A stretch of 64,000 nucleotides of DNA, from assembly GCA_943788175.1 (NCBI GenBank), contig CALSPG010000006.1, positions 96,001-160,000 on the forward strand, given 5' to 3'. Below, in pieces: positions 51,314-60,333 of this stretch (the stretch's first letter is position 1; the number at the start of each line of letters is the position of its first letter). The translations under genes were made by a program, and so were the position numbers. The notes beneath the pieces were generated by a model, which saw nothing but the letters and a program-made list of their open reading frames with translations, made no database searches and was not told the DNA's origin. The stretch is from an uncultured bacterium. GTDB taxonomy: Bacteria; Fidelibacterota; Marinisomatia; Marinisomatales; UBA1611.

Positions 51314-53179
51314 TTGGCAAAACAAACATTTCAAACTGAAGTAAGTCAACTTTTACAATTAATAATACATTCACTTTATTCTCAAAAAGAAATATTTTTA
51401 AGAGAATTAATATCTAACTCCTCTGACGCGCTTGACAAACTTAAATATTTAACCCTAACCCAAGATGAATTTAAATCTCTAAAATTTGAACCAAGAGTAG
51501 ATATCGAATTTGAAGAAGGTGATAATCCAACATTAACTATTAGGGATAGCGGTATCGGGATGAGCAAAAAAGACTTCAAAGATAATCTTGGTACAATAGC
51601 CCGATCAGGAACAAAAAACTTTTTATCAAAAATGTCTGGTGATGCCAAAAAAGATTCAAATTTAATTGGTCAATTTGGGGTTGGGTTCTACTCATGTTTT
51701 ATGGTTGCTGATAAAGTCGAAGTCATTTCTAAAAAAGCTGGCCATAAACAAGGTAATAAGTGGACTAGCGATGGAAAATCAGGATATGAGATTGTACCGC
51801 AGAAAACTGAAGACACGGGTACTACAATTATTTTATATCTAAACGATGAGGGTAAAGAATTTGCAAGCAGGTGGAAAATTGAAAGTACCATAAAGAAATA
51901 TTCCGACCATATTGATTTTCCTATTTTTCTTTCTTACGAAGACACTGAATATGATGATGAAGGTAAAGAAAAAGGGAAAACGCAGAAAAATGAACAAATA
52001 AATGACGCTACTGCTTTCTGGAAAAGACCAAAAAATGAGTTAAAGAAAAAAGATTATAATGAATTCTATAAAACCTTATCGTATGATGCAGAAGATGCTC
52101 TAGATTGGGTTCACAGCTCTGCAGAAGGTATGTTAGAGTTTACAGTACTCTTTTTCATTCCCAAAAAAGCTCCAGCAGATATTTACAGAGCTGACTACCA
52201 GCCAGGAGTTAAACTTTATGTAAATCGAGTTTTTATAACAGATGATGAAAAAGAACTTCTTCCCACTTGGTTACGTTTTGTGAAAGGTGTGATTGACTCA
52301 TCCGATTTACCTCTTAATGTTAGTAGAGAGATTCTTCAGCAGAATAAAGTAATGGCGAAAATAAAATCAAACTCTGTAAAAAAAGTACTAGATAAAATAA
52401 AGACAATAGCAAAAAACAAAGACAAGTATGAGGGCTTTTATAATGAATTCGGAAGATTGCTAAAAGAAGGTGTCTATCAAGAGTTCGAGCATAAAGAGGC
52501 CTTAACAGAACTTTTAAGGTTCAAATCCACAAAGGAAGATGGTTTTGTTTCCCTCCAAGAATATGTGGACCGTATGGGTAGTGATCAAGAGTCTATTTAT
52601 TATATTACCGGTACTAATGAGCTCGCGTTAAGAAACTCTCCACTTTTGGAAATGTATAAGAAAAAAGATATAGAAGTATTAATACTTGATGATGAAATTG
52701 ATGAAATCATAATGCCTTCTGTTCCTACTTTTAAGGAAAAGAGTTTGAAATCAGTTAATAGAAGTGGCGCTGCCGATGAATTAAATAAAGATGATAGCAA
52801 GGATAAGAAAGATGAGCTCAAGCCGCTTATTAAAAAGGTGAAATCTGTTTTAGGTGATAAAGTTAAAGACGTCAAATCATCGAATCGACTTAGTGATTCA
52901 CCCTCATGTATAGTCGCGGATGAAAATGACCCTACTGCTCAAATGCAAGAAATTATGAGAGCAACTGGTCAAGTGGGCATGCCTGAGATTAAACCTATTT
53001 TAGAAATCAATCCTGGACATAAAATTATCAAAAAGCTTGTCGCTATGCGCAAAGGAAAAGCATTTGATGATGGCGTATTGTTGATTTATGAACAAGCCTT
53101 ATTGCAAGAGGGTGTTAAACTTGAAGACCCTGCTGGGTTTGTTAAAAGGCTTAACCGATTAATGGAGAAATCGCTTTAG
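51314..53179 (+). CDS. htpG: Molecular chaperone HtpG (Hsp90)
   Basis: HSLYSQKEIFLRELISNSSDALDK, NLGTIARSGT, IGQFGVGFYS, LPLNVSREILQ; TTG start with GGAG RBS. Confidence 0.98.
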   Translation: MAKQTFQTEVSQLLQLIIHSLYSQKEIFLRELISNSSDALDKLKYLTLTQDEFKSLKFEPRVDIEFEEGDNPTLTIRDSGIGMSKKDFKDNLGTIARSGTKNFLSKMSGDAKKDSNLIGQFGVGFYSCFMVADKVEVISKKAGHKQGNKWTSDGKSGYEIVPQKTEDTGTTIILYLNDEGKEFASRWKIESTIKKYSDHIDFPIFLSYEDTEYDDEGKEKGKTQKNEQINDATAFWKRPKNELKKKDYNEFYKTLSYDAEDALDWVHSSAEGMLEFTVLFFIPKKAPADIYRADYQPGVKLYVNRVFITDDEKELLPTWLRFVKGVIDSSDLPLNVSREILQQNKVMAKIKSNSVKKVLDKIKTIAKNKDKYEGFYNEFGRLLKEGVYQEFEHKEALTELLRFKSTKEDGFVSLQEYVDRMGSDQESIYYITGTNELALRNSPLLEMYKKKDIEVLILDDEIDEIIMPSVPTFKEKSLKSVNRSGAADELNKDDSKDKKDELKPLIKKVKSVLGDKVKDVKSSNRLSDSPSCIVADENDPTAQMQEIMRATGQVGMPEIKPILEINPGHKIIKKLVAMRKGKAFDDGVLLIYEQALLQEGVKLEDPAGFVKRLNRLMEKSL

Positions 53180-53793
53180 TTTTTCAATTGACCGACAACA
53201 CATAAAGTTCCAGGAAACTCATTTGACGCATTAACTCTAAAACTATAGCAACTAGACAAACCGGCACTTTTAAATATTTGCACCCATTCTTTTTCATCTT
53301 TGAGAGCCATGTGGACATTTAAATCCTCTGCCCAGCTATAACTATCTGGATTACCAATATAGTGATCTAGTCCGATAACTAGCATGCCACCTGGTGCTAA
53401 CCATTTATCAACTATGTGTTTAGTAAGTGTTTTAGGTGACTTGAAATAATAAAAAACCTCCATACTAAAAACAAAATCAATTTTATTTTTTGGAGACCAC
53501 AATAATAAATCTTCAAGATAATAATCTCCATCGGGATCAATTTCTTTCGCATTTTGAATCATAGATTTTGCTCCATCTACACCAAAAGAACTTTTACAAA
53601 ATGGCATCTGTCTGACTTTTCGTACAACCCACCCATTACCGCAACCAGCATCCGCGAAATTAAAGTTAGATTTCGTTTCAGGAAGCGTTTTATCTAAAAT
53701 TTGATTTACAGCGGGGCTATGAGATTGTGCCATACCTCTATCCTTTCCATTATCTGCCCATTTACTAAAAAGATCTGTGGCTATATTTTGCAT
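53176..53793 (-). CDS. Class I SAM-dependent methyltransferase
   Basis: DAGCGNGW, GVDGA, SMEVFYY, LAPGG. Confidence 0.88.
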   Translation of the reverse strand: MQNIATDLFSKWADNGKDRGMAQSHSPAVNQILDKTLPETKSNFNFADAGCGNGWVVRKVRQMPFCKSSFGVDGAKSMIQNAKEIDPDGDYYLEDLLLWSPKNKIDFVFSMEVFYYFKSPKTLTKHIVDKWLAPGGMLVIGLDHYIGNPDSYSWAEDLNVHMALKDEKEWVQIFKSAGLSSCYSFRVNASNEFPGTLCVVGQLKN

Positions 53794-53826
53794 TTTTTCC
53801 TCAATATTTATATCTTAAAATAACAC

Positions 53827-54600
53827 ATGACAAAAAAGAAAGATATAGCTTTTGATTGGCTAAGAAGATATACTGGCACGAACCCTAAAGATTATGGAGA
53901 TTGGATACTTTTAACAAATTTTCATAATTATGTAGAAAAATTTTCAGAGCGATTTGGTTGTGAAATAAATGGAATTGGTGGACCGATGACATCTTCAGTT
54001 AATTCGAATGGCCTTGGTATTATCAATTTTGGTATTGGTAGCGCAAATGCAGCTACTATTATGGATTTACTATCTTCAATCAATCCTAAGGGAATACTCT
54101 TCCTTGGAAAATGTGGCGGGTTAAAGAAGACAACCGATATTGGGAACTTCATACTTCCAATCGCAGCAATTCGAGGTGAAGGAACTAGCGATGATTATTT
54201 TCCCAAAGAAGTACCAGCAATGCCTTCATTCAAACTTCATAAATATGTTTCTGATATATTAGTTGAAAGAAAAATTGAATATAGGACAGGTGTTATCTAT
54301 TCAACGAATCGAAGGGTATGGGAACATGATAACAAGTTTAAAAAATATTTGAGAAAAATAAGAGTCATGGGAATTGATATGGAGACTGCGACGTTATTTA
54401 TAACTGGATTTTCGAATGAAATTAATAGAGGCGCTTTGTTACTAGTCAGTGATACTCCAATGATTCCAGAAGGAATAAAAACAGAAGAAAAAGATAGAGA
54501 TGTTACTCAAAAATACGTCGATTTACATATTGACATGGGCATTGAAGCGATGACAAAAATTGGAGATGAAGGCGAGAAAATCAAGCACTTCAAATATTGA
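53827..54600 (+). CDS. amn: AMP nucleosidase (short Bacteroidetes/Chlamydiae-type)
   Basis: WLRRYTG, NFGIGSANAATIMDLL, FLGKCGG, RGEGTSDDY, TNRRVWEHD, DMETAT. Confidence 0.92.
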   Translation: MTKKKDIAFDWLRRYTGTNPKDYGDWILLTNFHNYVEKFSERFGCEINGIGGPMTSSVNSNGLGIINFGIGSANAATIMDLLSSINPKGILFLGKCGGLKKTTDIGNFILPIAAIRGEGTSDDYFPKEVPAMPSFKLHKYVSDILVERKIEYRTGVIYSTNRRVWEHDNKFKKYLRKIRVMGIDMETATLFITGFSNEINRGALLLVSDTPMIPEGIKTEEKDRDVTQKYVDLHIDMGIEAMTKIGDEGEKIKHFKY

Positions 54601-54606
54601 TTAGAA

Positions 54607-54741
54607 TTAGCTAGCGCAGCAACAATTACTCTTACAGCAATTTCGAGCACAACCGCTCATACACGATTGACCTTTATTACAGCAGATACAATCACATCCG
54701 CCGTCACAACATTTACAACCTTTTGAACAACAGTTATTCAT
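54607..54741 (-). CDS. Cysteine-rich 44-aa peptide, putative metallothionein (not in the ORF track)
   Basis: MNNCCSKGCKCCDGGCDCICCNKGQSCMSGCARNCCKSNCCCAS*; 16 Cys in 44 aa; RBS GAAAGGA 5 nt upstream of ATG; fills the intergenic gap co-directionally after the lipoprotein. Confidence 0.8.
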   Translation of the reverse strand: MNNCCSKGCKCCDGGCDCICCNKGQSCMSGCARNCCKSNCCCAS

Positions 54742-54775
54742 AACGTTCCTTTCTTAAGATTCAATAAATAAAATT

Positions 54776-56245
54776 TCAATCCTGCCTATCACAATTTTCT
54801 TCTAAGAATACTTCCCAAGCCTCGCTGGTATCAAAAACAAAAACCATATCACCTCCAACAACGACCTCTATTGGAAATTGTAAAATAGGCTCTCTTTCAT
54901 AGTTCGGATTTTCTTCATAGAATCTTCGAATTAATCCCCAGCTAGGCTCATCATCTGCACTTAATATTTCTACAGTTGATTCATCTGGCAATATAAACGT
55001 AATCGGATAGACATATTCATAACAATCATATCCTTCATCCTCTTCATTCTCTACTTCACGACATTCCTCTTTAGCAGAGACCATCTCCTCTTCACTATTA
55101 ATGATTTGAGTTTCAGTTCCTTCCTCAGTTCTATAAGTAATTTCTACAGGATATTGTAAAGAAGGTCTCTCATCAGATTCAGGGTTATCATCATACCAAG
55201 ATTTGTATTCAGCCCAGCTTTCTTCATCATCAGCAGAAATTTCAATTGTTGCACTATCAGGCATTAGATATGAAACTGGATATACTAACTCAAAGCATTC
55301 GCGTTCTTCCCAGTCGTCATAATACTCGCCCCACATTTCACGACATTCCTCTTTCGCTTCTATCATCTCATCTTCACTGTTAATTGTGACTATTCTTTGA
55401 TCCTGAGTACCCTCGTCTACATCAATTTCATAGATAATGTCTACTGGATATTGAAGAGAAGGCCTTTCATCAGAATTAGAGTTGTCATCATACCAAGATT
55501 TTAATTCAGTCCAACTTTCTTCATCATCAGCAGAAATTTCAATTGTTGTACCATCAGGCATTAGGTAGTTCACTGGATATAAAATAGAAAAACAATTTTT
55601 GTTTTTATCCCAATCTCTTCCTTGGCCGTAACAATTTTTATATGTTTCCTCTAATCTTTCATCACTATCAATAGTAATTAATTCACCATCATTATCGGTT
55701 ATATTAATAGGATAAACAACCGATACATCTTCATCAACCTCATAAGCTTCATAATATTCTTTTATAGATTCTTCATCTTCAAAGGTATACGTGTTGCCAA
55801 TAGGAGTAGTCACCGTTATCGGAAATTCAATACTAAAACATTCCCAGTCTCTCTTATCTCTAGATTCACCTCTGCTGTAATAATCATCCTCATCAAACCG
55901 ATAGTCTTTTTCATATTCTGAATAATCTAGTTTTTTACCCTCTACGTCAAAATATAATTCACTGCGCTTTCCTAAACGTCCAGGTCTCCCAGCTATAGAT
56001 ACTTCGTAACCAAGATTTGAAGCTTTTAGGGATTGCAAATGATAATATTCAGATAAATAATTATCTTCCATCGTAGATTTTGCTGAAGATGGTAGACCAT
56101 CCATCTCAACCTCTATTTTATCATCAGCATCAATAATTGCTTGAATCAATTCTGCATCAGATAAACCTTGAGGCTCATCTTTAGCACATCCAGCAAAAAA
56201 GAATGTTATAATAGTAAAAATAAAAACTTTTTTAAAATGGTCCAT
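54776..56245 (-). CDS. Highly acidic lipoprotein with PepSY-like N-terminal domain and four Cys-bracketed repeats
   Basis: Lipobox FAG|C; AAAGGA RBS; repeats C(F/Y)xxx(Y/F)P...xxx(Y/F)P...C; very D/E-rich. Confidence 0.8.
   Translation of the reverse strand: MDHFKKVFIFTIITFFFAGCAKDEPQGLSDAELIQAIIDADDKIEVEMDGLPSSAKSTMEDNYLSEYYHLQSLKASNLGYEVSIAGRPGRLGKRSELYFDVEGKKLDYSEYEKDYRFDEDDYYSRGESRDKRDWECFSIEFPITVTTPIGNTYTFEDEESIKEYYEAYEVDEDVSVVYPINITDNDGELITIDSDERLEETYKNCYGQGRDWDKNKNCFSILYPVNYLMPDGTTIEISADDEESWTELKSWYDDNSNSDERPSLQYPVDIIYEIDVDEGTQDQRIVTINSEDEMIEAKEECREMWGEYYDDWEERECFELVYPVSYLMPDSATIEISADDEESWAEYKSWYDDNPESDERPSLQYPVEITYRTEEGTETQIINSEEEMVSAKEECREVENEEDEGYDCYEYVYPITFILPDESTVEILSADDEPSWGLIRRFYEENPNYEREPILQFPIEVVVGGDMVFVFDTSEAWEVFLEENCDRQD
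54791..55840 (-). repeat. Four tandem intragenic repeat units (~80-100 aa)
   Basis: Units begin at Cys codons at 55840, 55594, 55297 and 55024; an identical 34-bp stretch occurs at 55218-55251 and 55515-55548 (297 bp apart). Confidence 0.85.
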
Positions 56246-56424
56246 AATGTTTTCCTTTAAGACTAAGCAAAATAAATGTTTAAAATGTAAATTTGTTCCA
56301 AAACAAAAATTCTATATGTTTACTAAACACAAGATAATCGTTAATTTAATGCTTTATAATTACCCTATTCAATATAATATAAATCATACCTTACCGCACT
56401 AACAGTATTTTATTTTCTTCGTAT

Positions 56425-58695
56425 ATGTTTATTAAAAATCGTATTTCATTATTATTACTATTATTATCTGTCTTAAACGCTGAACCTACTGGATTTGTAA
56501 AAGGAAAAATTATCGATATTAATAGTCAATTACCTCTAGTAGGCGCAAACATTGTAATTAAATCTACTTCATTAGGTACTATATCAGATGAAGATGGATA
56601 TTTTTCAATTGAAGATATTCCAAACGGAAATTATTCTATATCAGCGAGCTATATAGGTTATAAGACTGTTTATTTATCTGATATCTGGGTGCGACCTAAC
56701 GCCTATGATTTTTTAAACGTTAAGCTAGAGCAATCAGTTATTCAGATTGATGATATCACTGTTGAAGAAAATTTTTTTAAAAAATCTCTAGTAAATGAAT
56801 TTCAATCTGTTTCATTTAATCGCGATGATATGAGGCGTTCTCCCGGGTCAGGACAAGAAATAACTAGAATTATTAATACACTTCCTAGTGTTGCTAGCGT
56901 TGGCGAGAATAGACAAGATATGATGGTACGTGGTGGAGGACCTACAGAAAACGGGTTTTTAATAGATAACATATACATTCCGAGTATTTCTCATTTTCAG
57001 CAGGCAGATGGAAGATCAAACGGACCAGTCGGGATTATTAATACAGACATGGTAGAAAATTTAGATTTTTATAGTAATGGTTTTTCATCAAAATATGGGA
57101 ATAAGCTATCAAGCTTTGGTGATATTACATACCGTTCAGGTAATAGAGAAAAAAGTGAAGGATATGGACTCCTTGGGATGGGTGGTCTTGGTTTTTTGAT
57201 AGAAGGGCCTGTCTCTAATAAGGTAAGTTACATTACATCATTCAGAATGAGCTATCTTGATATAATTGCTGATGCAATTAATGCTAGTGGCGGAATGCCT
57301 TCTTATAATGATTTTCAAACAAAAATTGATTATAAACCTAATATATACAATACTTTCTCTATATTGGTTATTGCTGGGGGCAGCTTGTATGATAGAGATA
57401 AAAAAGGCGCATTAGATGTCGGGGAAAGTGAATATGGAGAACTAAAAAATAATCAGCTAACAATAGGCATTAATTACAAGAGAATTTGGAATGAAAAAGC
57501 ATATTCAAATACCAGCTTATCCATTTCAAATAAATATTCAAAAGTTAACTTTTCAAATATTAATACAGATACTTTAGTTTTCAAGAATATTGAGGAAGCA
57601 GATATATTTAATTTCCGTCAAATAAATCATATTAAAATAGCCTCCCAAACAAATTTAGAATTTGGTTTTGATGCTCAATGGACAACGCAGTATTATGATT
57701 ATTTGCGAAAGTTGAATGATAGCAATATTCTTCTAGATGAAATAAAATTTGACCAAAAAGTATCAATATCTAATTATTCAGCCTTTTTTACTGTAAAGAA
57801 AAATTTAGGCAGAAAATTAATATCTTCTATTGGGCTTAGAACAGATCTTAATGATTATGAGAATACAACTTTAATTTCACCTAGAATTAACTTAGACTAT
57901 GAAATAGTTAATAGTAAAACAAACTTAATATTTAACATAGGTGATTATTACCAAAATCCTCCTGCTATATATGTTGCTAATAAAACTTCAGATAGATTAA
58001 AGAGCGCTAGAGCTAGACAATATTCAGTTTGTCTTGAACACATGATTACAGCAAGTACAAAATTTTCAGTATCAGCTTATCAGAAAGACTATAATAACAG
58101 CCCCATACTCCCAAATTCAAACCTACATAATGATCCGACTTTTCTTTTCGATGAATTAAGAATGTATAATGGAATCGTTTCAGAAGGATCAGCATCATCA
58201 AAAGGGCTAGAAGTTTTAATCCAAAAAAAGAGAGTTGAAAATTTTTATGGATTAATTGGCGGCTCTATCTTTAATTCAACTTTTATCGATTTTGAAGGAA
58301 TTGAAAGAAATAGGAATCATAATTATCGTTATATTTTTAATATTGTTGGTGGGTATCGGCCTAAATCAGATTGGGAACTATCTATTCGATGGTCCTATTT
58401 TGGAGGGAGACCATATACACCAATTAATTTAGAAGCATCGATTTCAGATAACGAACAATATTCAGATGTTGAAAATTTCAATGAAAACAAAACCCCAGAT
58501 TACCATTCACTTTTCGTCAGGTATGAAAGAAGATATAATCTAAAGAAATCAAATTTGATTTTATTTTTTGAAATTTGGAATACATATAATCGAGAAAATA
58601 TCGAAACATTCTTTTTCAGTAAAGAACGAGACTCAATAGAAAAAATACTCTATTTTAGTACAATCCCTGTTGGAGGATTTGGAATAGAATTCTAA
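56425..58695 (+). CDS. TonB-dependent receptor with N-terminal carboxypeptidase-regulatory-like domain
   Basis: GKIID...PLVGANI...GTISDEDGYFSI...SYIGY; plug VRGGGPTENGFLID, GFSSKYG; barrel SPRI; C-terminal F. Confidence 0.92.
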   Translation: MFIKNRISLLLLLLSVLNAEPTGFVKGKIIDINSQLPLVGANIVIKSTSLGTISDEDGYFSIEDIPNGNYSISASYIGYKTVYLSDIWVRPNAYDFLNVKLEQSVIQIDDITVEENFFKKSLVNEFQSVSFNRDDMRRSPGSGQEITRIINTLPSVASVGENRQDMMVRGGGPTENGFLIDNIYIPSISHFQQADGRSNGPVGIINTDMVENLDFYSNGFSSKYGNKLSSFGDITYRSGNREKSEGYGLLGMGGLGFLIEGPVSNKVSYITSFRMSYLDIIADAINASGGMPSYNDFQTKIDYKPNIYNTFSILVIAGGSLYDRDKKGALDVGESEYGELKNNQLTIGINYKRIWNEKAYSNTSLSISNKYSKVNFSNINTDTLVFKNIEEADIFNFRQINHIKIASQTNLEFGFDAQWTTQYYDYLRKLNDSNILLDEIKFDQKVSISNYSAFFTVKKNLGRKLISSIGLRTDLNDYENTTLISPRINLDYEIVNSKTNLIFNIGDYYQNPPAIYVANKTSDRLKSARARQYSVCLEHMITASTKFSVSAYQKDYNNSPILPNSNLHNDPTFLFDELRMYNGIVSEGSASSKGLEVLIQKKRVENFYGLIGGSIFNSTFIDFEGIERNRNHNYRYIFNIVGGYRPKSDWELSIRWSYFGGRPYTPINLEASISDNEQYSDVENFNENKTPDYHSLFVRYERRYNLKKSNLILFFEIWNTYNRENIETFFFSKERDSIEKILYFSTIPVGGFGIEF

Positions 58696-58696
58696 A

Positions 58697-59305
58697 ATGG
58701 AAAAAAATAATGATATAAACAAATCTAGTTTTTGGGAAAACAGATATGATAAAGGCGAAATTGGATGGGACTTAGGATCAGAAACTCCGGTTTTTTCTGC
58801 TATATCTGAAACATTAAAACCAGGAAGTGTTTGCATCTTAGGATGCGGAAACGGATACGATGCAATTTTCTTTAGCAAAAAAGGATTCAATGTTACTGCA
58901 GTAGATTTTGCAGAAACACCAATCAAAAATATTAATAATATCGCAAATAATTTATCTTTGACAATAAATACTATTCAAGAAGATATCTTTGATTTAACAC
59001 CAAAATACAATAATAACTTTGATTATATACTTGAACAAACTTGCTTTTGTGCTATAGATCCAAAAAATAGAGTCCAGTATAGTAATTTAGCTTATGACCT
59101 TTTGAAGGTAGGTGGAAGACTAATAGGATTATGGATGCCGCTGGATAAAGATATTAAGGAAGGCGGCCCTCCATTCGGAGTTAAAGAAGATGAGGTTAAG
59201 AAATTATTTTCAAAACAGTGGAAGATAACAGAAGACTGCTTCCCAATACAATCAATCCAAGCTCGTAAAGGAAGAGAAAAATTGATTGTCTTTGAAAAAT
59301 TATAA
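58697..59305 (+). CDS. TPMT-superfamily SAM methyltransferase, thiol/halide methyltransferase (HOL-like) type
   Basis: FWENRY...GWDLG, LGCGNGYDA, EQTCFCAIDP, GGPPF. Confidence 0.85.
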   Translation: MEKNNDINKSSFWENRYDKGEIGWDLGSETPVFSAISETLKPGSVCILGCGNGYDAIFFSKKGFNVTAVDFAETPIKNINNIANNLSLTINTIQEDIFDLTPKYNNNFDYILEQTCFCAIDPKNRVQYSNLAYDLLKVGGRLIGLWMPLDKDIKEGGPPFGVKEDEVKKLFSKQWKITEDCFPIQSIQARKGREKLIVFEKL

Positions 59306-60292
59306 CATATCAGGCTCTGGACTTGGTCTGTTTTTTAAAATTTTATCAATTAAGCTCATTACTTTATCATCAAGAAGCCTAGCATATTCTGCTGCTTTAA
59401 TATTTTCGTCTAACTGTTTAATTGTAGTAGCTCCGAGAATTACAGTGCTAACATTTTTATTTTTCAAACACCAAGCTATGCTTAATTGAGCCATTGAGAT
59501 ATCTAATTTTTCTGCGATCTTAGATAATTTAATTACTTTTTTAATATTCTCAGCTCCTTGTTTGGACTCCAAACCGTCTCTTAAAAACTTGTAATCAGGC
59601 AAACTCATTCTTGAGCCTTTTGGAATATTTTCATTGTACTTACCAGTTAAAATTCCTGATGCTAAGGGTGACCAAATTGTCGTACCCAATCCTTCTGTTG
59701 AAAAAAGCCCTAAGAATTCTTTTTCTAATTTTGACCGGTGAAACATATTGTATTGAGGTTGCTCCATGCTAGGTGGCGTCAACCCATATTGATGTGCTAC
59801 GGAATAAGCTTCTCTAATCCTGTCAGCAGACCATTCAGAAGTACCCCAATAAAGGATTTTACCTTGTTTTATAAGTACATCCATTGCCCGCACGGTTTCT
59901 TCAACAGGGGTATGGAAATCAGGCCTATGGCAAAAATACATATCCAAGTAATCAACACGTAAACGTTTTAATGCTGCATCGCAAGCATCTCGAATATGTT
60001 TAGTGTTTAGACCTCTTTGGGTTACAGCTTGACCACCCCAAAAAACTTTACTTGAAACAATGTAGGTATCTCTATGAAGACCAAGATCAAAAATTACGTC
60101 ACCCATAATTTTTTCTGATTCCCCAGATGCATAGACTTCAGCGTTATCAAAAAAGTTAATTCCAGAATCATATGCATGTTTCATGGTTTTCTTTGCTTTA
60201 GCTTTATCGAGTTGAAATGAAAATGTCACCCAAGAGCCATAAGATAACTCACTCACTCTTAAACCTGACTTGCCTAAATTTCTAAATTCCAT
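59300..60292 (-). CDS. Aldo/keto reductase, Kv channel beta-subunit-like
   Basis: LGKSGLRVSELSYGSWVTF, FDNAEVY, YWGTSEWSA, WSPLASGILTGKY. Confidence 0.92.
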   Translation of the reverse strand: MEFRNLGKSGLRVSELSYGSWVTFSFQLDKAKAKKTMKHAYDSGINFFDNAEVYASGESEKIMGDVIFDLGLHRDTYIVSSKVFWGGQAVTQRGLNTKHIRDACDAALKRLRVDYLDMYFCHRPDFHTPVEETVRAMDVLIKQGKILYWGTSEWSADRIREAYSVAHQYGLTPPSMEQPQYNMFHRSKLEKEFLGLFSTEGLGTTIWSPLASGILTGKYNENIPKGSRMSLPDYKFLRDGLESKQGAENIKKVIKLSKIAEKLDISMAQLSIAWCLKNKNVSTVILGATTIKQLDENIKAAEYARLLDDKVMSLIDKILKNRPSPEPDML

Positions 60293-60333
60293 ATGTATTT
60301 TCCTTTTAAATAAATTTTATATATATCAACACA

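Noticed and set aside
54607-54741. Cys-rich peptide as a RiPP precursor (ranthipeptide, thiazole or lanthipeptide)
   Set aside because: No leader region (Cys begins at residue 4) and no radical SAM, YcaO, LanM or peptidase-transporter gene nearby; a metallothionein fits better, though trans-acting enzymes cannot be excluded
54900-55600. DNA direct repeats as a possible CRISPR or mobile-element signature
   Set aside because: Only two near-identical copies, in frame within a coding repeat; no spacer pattern, cas gene or transposase
56333-56351. GATAATCGTTAATTTAATG as a possible Fur box upstream of the TonB-dependent receptor
   Set aside because: Only about 11 of 19 matches to the consensus, expected by chance in such AT-rich DNA
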